64,000 nt of DNA from assembly GCF_006345805.1 (NCBI RefSeq), contig NC_043000.1, forward strand, positions 104,594,001 to 104,658,000, in the 5' to 3' direction. This DNA comes from Octopus sinensis (lineage: Eukaryota). Every line of letters begins with the position of its first letter. Position 1 is the first letter of the stretch. The translations under genes were made by a program, and so were the position numbers. The notes under the pieces were generated by a model that was not told where the DNA came from, did not search any database, and worked only from the letters and a program-made list of their open reading frames with translations. This document shows, piece after piece, positions 53,230-64,000 of this stretch.

Positions 53230-53997
53230 TACACAGAAAAAAACAAGGAGAGAAAAATATGCGTGTATTAGCTAACGATCTATCATGGCGTCCTGGTGTC
53301 TTTAAAAATTCGCCCTTGCTACATATAATTATTTTATATATTTCTGTATTGTCTATACGGTTTTAGCTTGCGGCCACTTTAATAGATCTTATGAGTATTA
53401 ATGTCCTTTACTTATTTTTGTAAAACAATTTGTATTCACTTGATTCGTTTTTCTCAGTGCAGCTTGGGCAACGAAACGAACACAGGCATTGGTTGAAAGT
53501 GATATATAAGTGTTTGTCACTAGTAGACTTGATTGAGGAGAATCAAGCGTGTTTTTGGTGCTAAATGCAAAACCATGACAATCGTGCAATATAGACACTT
53601 CCGCACCCTCAGTCACAATTAGTAATGATTGAAGTTGTCCTTTTTGATTTTATATTGCGTCTAGCAAAATCGACTGAACTTAGCATTAGAATTTTAGTGA
53701 AATCTTTAGAATTTGCTTAAAATCACAAAATGTCAACTCAGTCATCGTCTTCCCACTTTATCCATCTTCTTCCCTGATTTCTACAGAGTTTTGTCTACTT
53801 TAAACTCCTTCTTTCCTTTCTGTTACTCTGGCAAAATGTCATATTGATGATACAGAGAAAATGTCGATTACACACACACACACATGCCAGAGTAAGCACA
53901 TAAATGTGAAACAAGGTGGAAAAAGAGTACTCAAATACCGGAGGTAGAGTATATATGTGTGTGTGTATGCGTGTGTGTGTGTGTGTGCGCGCGTCTG

Positions 53998-54031
<34 letters not shown>

Positions 54032-54649
54032 TACTTTTCGTTTAGAGAGTAGTTAATATTCTATTGGCTAAAAGAACGCGTGAAGCGCGAAGATATAAGC
54101 GTAATGAATCGTCATCTGATTACTACATACATACGTACAGACAGACAGACAGACATATACACCCGCGTACGTACGCGCATACGCGCACAGAAATACACAC
54201 ACACACATCCGTTTAGTGTTAAACGTCGAAAACGAGAGGTATTCAGTCTGATAGTACTGATTAGTGTAATTTATTTGGGTCGAGTCAGTTTCTCACTGCT
54301 CTGAATTTTACCTGTAGGTTCATAGGATCTTCAAGCAAGTTATGACTAGAAAATGATGGGATTTCACTATATATAGTTTCCTCATCAGAGCGCGTAGTTG
54401 AGGAGAGAAAATATAAAGGAGATAAAATCAAGGAAAAAAAGAAAGTGAAGAAAGGATTATCTTCTCCTTGTCATACTTTCTTTTCATCACAGTACCTTGT
54501 GAAAATCCCATAAATTTTCAGTCATAACTTGCTTGATGATTCTGTGCACCTGCAGATGGAACACAGAGGAGCAAGGAACTGATTCGACCAAAATAAAATC
54601 AATCTCTCTCTCTATCTAGTTAGCTATCCACACATGTGGCCATCCATCC

Positions 54650-54776
<127 letters not shown>

Positions 54777-55244
54777 ACCTCTCTCTCTCTGTCTATCTAT
54801 TATTTGTCGATCTATCTATATTTAGTAAAATGTTGTGATATATATTTGTAATTACATACATACATACATACAAACATACATATATACATACACACATGTA
54901 TACAGTAAAATCATGTAAAAATATCTTGCCTTTTATACTAGGCGCGGCATATATAACGTACAAATGTAACAGTCAAAAATTCAAATATTCAGCGGTAATG
55001 GCTCTTCACATTTATCTCTCTGTTATAAAAGGTCAGTCACAACTTCCAACAACACTTCATCCTGAAGATGTGACGGTGCATGTCTATAAACTTTAAGGGT
55101 AGATTTAGGAACATTACTGTTCCAAACAAATTTCAAGGTTCTCATTCGGAAATATGAAAATAAGTTAAACTTGAAAAAAAGATAAAACTAGAACACAGTC
55201 GTGTTTTCAATACAGAATGCAAACATGCAAACGCATATTTACAC

Positions 55245-55327
<83 letters not shown>

Positions 55328-56220
55328 ACGCGCGCGCGCACGGTGAATGTCGACTCGTGAGCAAGTAAGACCACTTCTTAGAGTCCAATAGTCCAAGAGG
55401 TTCCAATGCGTGAATTTTTTTGAACCCACAGCTATAACACCAGTGACACAACAGAAGTTGAGGATAAGAAACCAAATGTACTTCAGGTTTTTTTATACAA
55501 GGAAGTTCTAAAGAGAGCTAAGGTTTCTTCACTTCCTATTGCATACATACATGCATACATACATACATACATACATACATACATACATACATACATACAT
55601 ACATACATACATACATACAGGAGAAAGCGAATTCGAAGACTACAGATCCAATCCATCACTGGAACTGTAAAAATCTGTAAAACTTTCTAGCAGTTTATTA
55701 TGTAAATATATATGAGCATACCTAGATATGCAACTGAGAATACATACATAAAACAAAACATACATGAGAATACATACATAAAACAAAACATACAAATCTG
55801 CACATATACATACATACATACATACAAACAAACAAAAATACCCTATTGTTGATATTGAAATTCCAACGAAGGCGTCTTGGCTTTAGGTTAGAAACCGGCT
55901 CTTTCTCTATTGACAAGAAATCTTGAAATAAAACTGAACAATGACATACATACATACATGCATACATACATTATTGGGGTATGTAACACACTGCCTAAAT
56001 ATCAATCTTGAGAATTACGCTTCTCAAATGCAGAAATGAGAACGCTGATTCGAAGACTACAGATTCAAGCCATCACAGGAATTGTAAAAATCTGTGAAAC
56101 TTTCCAGAAGTTTATCATTTAAAAATATATGAGCATGTCTAGATATACAAGTATATGCATGAGAATACTTACATAAAACAAAACATACAAATCTGCATAT
56201 ACACATACATACATAAATAC

Positions 56221-56251
<31 letters not shown>

Positions 56252-56590
56252 CATACATACATACAAACACACATCTTACACACACGCGCACATACATACA
56301 CACACATCGCATTATTGTTACAAAGAGTGCCTCGAAACTTAAAAGTCATGATGGGAAAACTTGGAGCACCATCAGGAATCTACCGACTTAAAAATGGTTC
56401 AAGCGATCGAGGAAGCCTCTGTACCGTCTGTCAACCTGCGAGGTCAAAAATAAAATAGACACAGCTGAAATTTTCTTTAAACTCTATTTCTACCATTGTT
56501 GTTTTGCCAGAAATTGTCGTAATTGACGTTGACTTAAATATGCTATTGTTGTTGTTGGTTGGTGCTTATCCTCTTAATTTGTCATTGTCG

Positions 56591-56753
56591 TTCTTCTTCT
56601 TCTTCTTCTTCTTCTTCTTCTTCTTCTTCTTCTTCTTCTTCTTCTTCTTCTTCTTCTTCTTCTTCTTCTTCTTCTTCTTCTTCTTTCTTCTTCTTCTTCT
56701 TCTTCTTCTTCTTCTTCTTCTTCTTCTTCTTCTTCTTCTTCTTCTTCTTCTTC
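56591..56753. repeat. (TTC)n microsatellite
   Basis: Directly visible. Confidence 0.97.
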
Positions 56754-58269
56754 CAATCAGGACTCACGCCATTAGCCACAACAATAATCTCTAATTCGAG
56801 CCTACTCTAAGCTACTAAGAATGCGTGTGGCAACTTGAAAATTTGCCCACCACACGCGATAGACCGGCGGTTGCATGGGCGCAAGAGCTACGTTGTTATC
56901 CTCATTCCGTAAACGGTGGCTTTTAACGGGTGGAGAGCTGAACCATACTGGGATGCAGAGGATTCGCAATCTAGACTAGTGTCCGAAAGTTTACCACACC
57001 ATGGTTCCTCTGCTTTGTAACAGAAGTAGGAAGAAAGAGTGAGAGAAAGTTGTGGTGAAAGAATATAGCGGGCTTCACCACCACACCCCGCCGGAGCCTC
57101 GTGGAGCTTAGGTGTTTTTGCTCAATAAACAATCACAATGCCCGGACCGGGAATCGAAACCGCGTTCTTACAACCGCGAGTCCGCTGTCCTAACCACTGG
57201 GTCATTGCGCCTCCACATTGTGGGTGTTGCAGTTGTAGTTCATTTATGTTTTTATGTCCTGCTTCACTTTATTAAATGTATCTATCTATATTTTCAAGCT
57301 AACATAATGAGAGTTGAAGGAGATTTGGCAGCTATTTCCAGCAGGATAAGTGACAGCTTAGAATGTCTTTCGTTTGATCATTACTAGTTACTGTTTCTGT
57401 TGTTATCGTTGTTACTGTTCTTGATGTTATTAACACTGTCGTTGCTGATTAACCTCAAGCCAGATCTGATTGAAGAAGCCTAGTATAAAAGATACTTCAT
57501 CTATGACTATTCTCTTTACTCCCTTTTACTTGTTTCAGTCATTTGACTGCGGCCATGCTGGAGCACCACCTTCTAGTCGAGTAAATCGACCCCAGGACTT
57601 ATTCTTTGTAAGCCTAGTACTTATTCTATCAGTCTCTTTTGCTGAACCGCTAAGTTACGGGGACATAAACCACCAGCATCGGTTGTCAAGCAATGGTGGG
57701 GGGGGGGGGACAAACACAGACACAAACATATACACACATACATATATATACATATATACGACGGGCTTCTTCCAGTTTCCGTCTACCAAATCCCTCACAA
57801 GGTTTTGGTCGGCCCGAGGCTATAATAGAAGACACTTGCCCAAGGTGCCACGCAGCGGGAATGAACCCGGAACCATGTGGTTGGTAAGCAAGCTACTTAC
57901 TACACAGCCACTCTGCGCCTGTTTTTTTTTTAAGAGTTCCTATAACTACATCGTTATTGTTTTCCTCTTGCTCTCTTCCAATCGAATGAACCTTTCAGCC
58001 ATGATCATCTCATCTTATTTTCAGGCATAATATATGTAGAGCTACACAATTCACTGTATCCTTTCTGGTAAAATGATAGGGCTGTAATTTTGAGGGAGAG
58101 TTGGGGGACTATTTGAATGCAGATTGTGTAACCTAATAAAGCTCCCCAATCCGCATCTCTCGTTAAGGCTGGCTTGAAGTTCTCTGCTTTCTGCTGGTTG
58201 TGGGGTTCATGATGTCGCTATAGATTTTCTTTCGACACGAGCATGAGCACGAGCCCCAGGAGCAGCAGC

Positions 58270-58301
<32 letters not shown>

Positions 58302-59139
58302 CAGCAACAACAATATAAACAACACGACAACCACTACCACTCTAAATTCTTCCTCCTCCTTCTCCACTCCATTTGTAATAACTTTTAGTGTTCTTGAGCA
58401 AGGCACTTTATTTCACGTTGCTCCAGTTCACTCAGCTGTAGAAATGAGTTGCGACGTCACTGGTGCCAAGCTGTATCGACCTTTGTCTTTCCCTTGGATA
58501 ACACTGGTGGCGTGGAGAGGGGAGGCTGGTATGCATGGGCGACTGCTGGTCTTCCATAAACAACCTTGCCCGGTCTTGTGTCTAGGAGGGTAACTTTCTA
58601 GGTGCAATCCCATGGTCATTCATGACCGAAGGGGGTCCTTACACTTTATTCAAACAAGACAGGCTCCACCTGGTCTAATGAACTTCTAAACATTGCAGCC
58701 AAAATCTCCCCCAAATTATACCCCCGACCATAGATATTATAATTCAAATACTTTCTAAATTTATGATCTGCCAAATTTACTTCAAATTACGAACCTTACC
58801 TTCTTTTCCTTTTCCTTTTAAATATAACTGAATAAACAGGACGGTCATGAATGGAAAGCCTTTGATCATAGTTCTGCTTAGACACAGCCAAAATGAGTCG
58901 AGTCAAAACACGAACAAGAACAAGAAAAACAATAAATACTGAAGATATGATATTGTTGTTGCTGCTGTTGTTGCGGTTTGCTGTTTCTTTGCTGCTGCTG
59001 TTTAAAACAATTTATCACGTAGAATTTCAATACTGTGTTGTCTGACTGTTAGTCTGTTGTTTCACTGATGGGGAAAAAGTCCCCACCTCCATAAAGCAGT
59101 AGCAGCAGTAGCAGTAGCAACAATAAGAACAGCAACATC

Positions 59140-59182
<43 letters not shown>

Positions 59183-59751
59183 GTAGCATCTACAGAAAGC
59201 TACGAACAACAATTTATAAGATCGATTGATAGGAAACTTTCTTGAAAAATCTGTCTTTATGGGAAATTTTCCCAAAAGGTTTGTCAGACAGTTCTGTTTT
59301 GGCAGAGATGACTGGGTCAGTAACAATATTACTTTGGAAGTGATCACTTTGATGGATATTATTGGAATATGGTAAGTAGATTGATGATGAATGACATACA
59401 TACACACACACACACACACACAGAGGCACACAGTCATACACATACGCACACACATATACAGGCAGTAGGTGGAGCTAGGCATGGTCAGTATAGAAAACAC
59501 GCAGCGTTGCCCAAATGAAATTCAACTTAAACCCTGAGTTCTTCATCCAGGGCAAGGCCCACGGCGATGAGAGTGGCTATAACAGAAATCTAAAAACGAG
59601 GTGATATGGAGGTAGTAATGCAGATAAACACAACTTGGCAAGACACATATACATGTATATATACATACACACATATATCTGCATATATTTAGAGACAAAC
59701 ACACACTCGCAAACATATATAAATATTTTTATACATATAGTATATATATGA

Positions 59752-59792
<41 letters not shown>

Positions 59793-59794
<2 letters not shown>

Positions 59795-60641
59795 TAATTA
59801 AGAGTACTAACAGCAGTACCGGAATGTTTAAATATAGTAGTCAAAATGACCAAACAAGTTTTCGCTTAAACACAATGCTGAAAGTGGGAAAATGAATAAA
59901 AATCCTAAGACTCCGTACCAATGACGAAAATAATCGAAAATTGAAACGTCAGAAGTATCACCATGATTTCAAATTTTGAGAAATACTCTTAGTTCATCTT
60001 CAGCGAGTCTTACTGACTCCAGGGTTATAGAGTTTATTCATCTCAACCAATGTGCGTGATGACCGTTTTTAATGCCGCAGTTAATTTTAAAAAGGTGATC
60101 GAAGAGAATAAAAACTATTTAGATATATATGAGGATATTGTTGTTTATAATAATATCAGTGGTTTAATATGCCTAAAAAACCCACAATAGTAAAAATCAT
60201 CAAGTAATAATTAAGAGTACTAACAGGTAGTACCGGAATGTTAAATATAACTGTCAAAATGACCAAACCATAAATTTTCTCTTAAACACAAAGGTGAAAG
60301 TGGGCAAAGGAATAAACATCCTAAAATCCTGTACCAATGACGAAAATAATCGAAAATTAAAAAGTCAAACATACCGTAATTATTAGTTGATAATTTTTTT
60401 TTTACCGTTATGGGTTTTGACGCATGCTAACCAACTGATATTATTATAAACAATAATATCCTCATTTATATTCAAATAATTTTTATTCACTTTGATCACC
60501 TTTTTTTAATTTGCTGCGATATTAAAAATGGTCATCGTACACATTGGTTGAAATGATTAAACTCTATACTCTCGGGGGCAGTAAGACTCGCTGAAGATGA
60601 ACAAAGAGTATTTCTCAAAGTTCGAAATCACGGTGATACGA
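59793..60641. mobile_element. PLE-like tandem plus inverted repeat structure (A-B-A'-B inverted)
   Basis: 59793-59950 is repeated directly at 60208-60368; 59955-60212 is repeated inverted at 60377-60639. Each B carries a hammerhead-like motif. Confidence 0.8.
60588..60641 (+). ncRNA. Type I hammerhead ribozyme candidate
   Basis: TCG-CTGAAGA-T-GAAC-(17 nt)-GTTC-GAA-ATCA-CGG-TGAT-A-CGA. Degenerate mirror copy at 59953-60006 (-). Confidence 0.7.
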
Positions 60642-60644
60642 ACA

Positions 60645-61130
60645 TGAGAAATTTTTCCATCGTCTTGACTTAACAGCCCTCATCGTTTGTTGTTACTGTT
60701 TTGTTCTCATGGTTCTGTCTTTTACTGTTTTTACTTTTTTATTGCTTTTACTGTTTTGTTCTCATTGTCCAGTTCTTGTTACCACTTTCACCCTCCGCAA
60801 AAAATCCCAAATTTATTTAATTTGCTTTGCGGGAAGGACTGTTTCAACGAAGTTGCGTCTTGTCTTTGCCTTCGTAACGTGGAGTAGTTGAAACAGGCAC
60901 AATTGAAGAAGGGGAATATTCTTTATGTTGTATGTCTCTTTTCTCTGGTTTTTTTTTCGTTGTCCGAAAAAATGTTCGTTTCCATGTTGTTTTTATGTTT
61001 TCGTTTCTCATTGTGTTCAACTTTTTTTTGATGTCCTGTGTCCATATATGCATGTATATACACATATATATGTAGGTATGTACATAAATGTATGTATATA
61101 TGCATATATATATTTATATATTATTTATAT
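60645..61130 (+). mobile_element. Diverged third copy of the PLE pseudo-LTR family of 800-1320
   Basis: Shares GAA(A)TTTTTCCATCGTC, TTTATTTAATT..TTTGC.GGAAGGACTG, AAGG.GAATATT and TTTCGTTTCTC...GTCCTGT. Confidence 0.75.
60839..60914 (+). ncRNA. Diverged copy of the permuted hammerhead (core mutated, stems compensated)
   Basis: CTGTTTCAAC/GTTGAAACAG, TGCGT-C-TTGT, CCTTC-GTAA-CGTG and ACAA-TTGAAGA-A-GGGG. Confidence 0.6.
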
Positions 61131-61211
61131 TGTATTATATGTTATATAAATATATATATATACGTATATATGTATGTATGTGTGTATGTATATAATAATA
61201 ATAATAATGAT

Positions 61212-61253
<42 letters not shown>

Positions 61254-61405
61254 GAAGAAGAAGAAGAAGAAGAAGAGGAACAACAACAACAACAACAACA
61301 ACAAAGACAAGAAGAACAAGAAGTGGTAACAAAAGAATAAGACCTCCATATTATTTAAATAGAGGATTATTTACATATGTTAGAATTTAGAACAAATAGT
61401 AAGTT

Positions 61406-61464
61406 ATAATACTCGGAGTTTCGAATGTCGAAGCGAAGAGCTACGATGCATTCTCGTCGGCTGT
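61406..61464 (-). ncRNA. Hammerhead-like motif with U4-to-C (CCGACGA)
   Basis: Reverse complement ACAG-CCGACGA-GAATG-(21 nt)-CATTC-GAA-ACTC-C-GAGT-A-TTAT; mirror copy at 63118-63177 (+). Confidence 0.55.
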
Positions 61465-61717
61465 TAATGGTAATAGACGGTGTTAAAAAAACCGTTGAAT
61501 ATAAGGGAAGTTACTCTAATAGGTAGAAAAAGAAAAAAAGATAAAAGATTAAAAAAATACACGCAACCATATTCTCACAATACATAGACATAAACCTCCT
61601 GCGTTCATAATGTCTACATACGTACATACTCATACAAGCATGTATACCTACATGCGCATACGCACACTAACGTGCATGTACGTACTCATACATACGCATA
61701 TCCACACACACGCACAC

Positions 61718-61781
<64 letters not shown>

Positions 61782-62048
61782 TGTGTGTGTGTGTGTGTGT
61801 ACTCAACTTCATCCTCATATACACATAGTGTTTGCATGCATACACGTAACATAATACATATATATTAGACATTTAGGCATATAGATACGTATGTATGTAT
61901 ATACAGCATACATTCATACTCCTGCATACACGTAAATGCATATATATGTCTATATATATATAATATATATATATATATATACATATGCTTTTTCTAGTGA
62001 CAAAAAGTCACTGATCTGGAAAAAGGAGAAACAAGCAATAATAGATCT

Positions 62049-62312
62049 CTGAGCGAGAATTAAACAGTAGCAGCACGACATCGTGAACTATATTTTCCAC
62101 CTAAATGTAGCTGCCCCATATGGGACTTTGCTACTGTAGTTTATAGTCCCAGGAAGACATCTCCTCCGGCTGGCTAATGACACACTGTCTGTACCCGATC
62201 AGTATTTGCGAAGAGAAATCATCCTTCCCATTTCTAGCCTGAAGTGATACACACGAACCCGGGTTTTTGAGTAGAAACCTGTCGTGCTGCTTCTGTTTAA
62301 TTTTCGCTCAGA
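62049..62312. mobile_element. MITE-like element with 33-bp terminal inverted repeats
   Basis: TCTGAGCGAGAATTAAACAGTAGCAGCACGACA versus the reverse complement of 62280-62312, with 2 mismatches. Confidence 0.75.
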
Positions 62313-63256
62313 AATTTATTATTGCTTGGTTATTCAAAAGTTAACGGCTGCACTGAAGAGCTGCGGACATTTACATTCGTGAATGTTAACAACGAAATCA
62401 AGGTATATAGCTTATTACCAAATTTTCTATCTTTTCATTTGTCTTGCTCGTTTTATATTCTAGCGTTTGCTGAAATTTCTTGAGAGCACATTCTTCGTGG
62501 TAAGACGATTTAGCGTCTTCTTCTAGCATATTAGGAGTCCACCTTGGTGATTATTCCTCTTATATATGTATGTAATATAATTTCTTAACCTTCGGATTTT
62601 TAAAGTATGCTGGGCCACTGGTTTAAATTGATATTAATTAATTAATATTAATTTCTACCATCATTATTTAACTTTTATATGTATATACGTGTATGCGGGA
62701 GTGTGAATGTATACCTGTATATATATATATATATATATATACGTATATTAATATGTATAAATGTCTAAATATATATGTATTATGTTACTTGTATGCATGC
62801 AAACACCTATGTGTATATGAGGATGAAGTTGCGTACACACACACACACACACATATATATATACACATGTCTGCATCTGTAAGTGGATATGTGTATGTAT
62901 GAGTACATACATGTACATACATGTTTGTGTGTGTATGTACATGTACGTATACATGTTTGTGTGGGTGTGTACGTATGTAGACGTTATGAATGCAGGAGGC
63001 TTATGTCTATGTATTGTGAGAATATAGTTGCGTGTATTTTTTCATTTTTCTTTTTCTACAAATCAGAGTAACTTCCCTTTTATTCAACGCCTTTTTTTAT
63101 AGCGTCCATTGCCATTAATAGCCGACGAGAATGCATTGTAGCTCTTCACTCTTACTTTCGAAACTCCGAGTAATGACAATTTACTGTTTGTTCTAAATTA
63201 TAAACACAACACACACACACACTACATACATACATATATATATATATATATTATAT

Positions 63257-63288
<32 letters not shown>

Positions 63289-63308
63289 ATATAATATATA
63301 TATTTATT

Positions 63309-63350
<42 letters not shown>

Positions 63351-63356
63351 ATATCT

Positions 63357-63613
63357 ATAAGATGGAGGTGGAAAGTAAGTATGAGAATTTTAATAAGAGG
63401 GAATTTAATAAAAATTATTTAAAAAATCATATAAAGAAAATATTACCGCTTTTGATGAATCTTATCTTATCAGCTATCACTAAAAATTCATAAAAAATTG
63501 AAGTAAAAACAGTTTATCTGCTGTCTGGGGGTCAAGAACAAACGAAGAAATTTTTATAAAATTTTTATTAAATTCCTCCTTAAATTGAAATGTGCTATTT
63601 CCACATCCATCTT
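63357..63613. mobile_element. MITE-like element with imperfect ~60-bp TIRs inside (TA)n
   Basis: GATGGAGGTGGAAA/TTTCCACATCCATC and GGAATTTAATAAAAATT/AATTTTTATTAAATTCC inverted pairs. Confidence 0.55.
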
Positions 63614-63657
63614 TTAATATAAAAATTTTTTTATATAATATCTAATCTTTTTTCAAT

Positions 63658-63693
<36 letters not shown>

Positions 63694-63717
63694 ATATATA
63701 TAGCACTCAACTATTTT

Positions 63718-63756
<39 letters not shown>

Positions 63757-64000
63757 ACACATTCAAAACAGATTCACACCTATCTTAAAAAAACCATCAC
63801 CCTACCAAAAAAAAAAAAAAGAATACAAGACCTAACCCTAACTTTGTAGCCAACCAGCGAAACAACATCGGGAGTACCTCAACATCAAACAGAGAAATGA
63901 AAAATCACTGCCCACAGGAGAGACATTGCAGCCTGCCCATATAAGGAGTTACCAACAAAATTTTCATTCTAACAATCAACTAAACAACCACGCACAACAA

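Larger units (their letters stand above)
61375..63200. mobile_element. Large inverted repeat (~550-bp arms 61375-61900 / 62720-63200) with outward-facing hammerhead-like motifs
   Basis: The arms align as reverse complements through GTAACTTCCC, ATGTCTATGTATTGTGAGAAT and GAGGATGAAGTTG blocks. Confidence 0.85.

Noticed and set aside
54355-54400. Minus-strand CTGATGA...GAAA
   Set aside because: Four extra nucleotides before the only possible stem II, and no stems I or III.
55065-55105. CTGAAGATGTGAC...GTC..TAAAC, a hammerhead-like remnant
   Set aside because: GAAA is absent and the stems are incomplete; too degenerate to call.
56830-57010. GC-richer stretch with a GCGTGTGG/CCACACGC hairpin, considered as an HDV-like ribozyme
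   Set aside because: I could not assemble the nested double pseudoknot, and there is only one copy so no covariation.
63620-64000. A/C-rich terminal sequence
   Set aside because: It looks like low-quality consensus with homopolymer noise; no feature can be supported.

Overview
Repeat-saturated, AT-rich animal genomic DNA. The SINE families and (AT)n/(AC)n/(ATG)n/(GAA)n load look like octopus/cephalopod, which is an inference. I found no host protein-coding exon I can support; almost all ORF-track entries are microsatellite translations. Recognisable content: a Penelope-like element (PLE) GIY-YIG fragment with tandem pseudo-LTRs, a mariner and a pogo/Tigger remnant, several RLE-type and RTE LINE fragments, a deleted Gypsy element with a 43-bp hairpin array, a non-autonomous Helitron, Helentron-like (HINE) pieces, many tRNA-derived SINEs, an ~8-kb cryptic G/T-skewed satellite, a 38-bp minisatellite and a 100-N gap. 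The main discovery is RNA-level: about ten hammerhead-ribozyme-like motifs of five families. One family (copies at 1001-1077, 1806-1882 and 60839-60914) has all hammerhead core elements and stems, but its three strands occur in a non-circularly permuted order, with an extra helix and compensatory base changes between copies. All pairings were worked out by hand and no activity is shown. Repeat boundaries are approximate unless stated.
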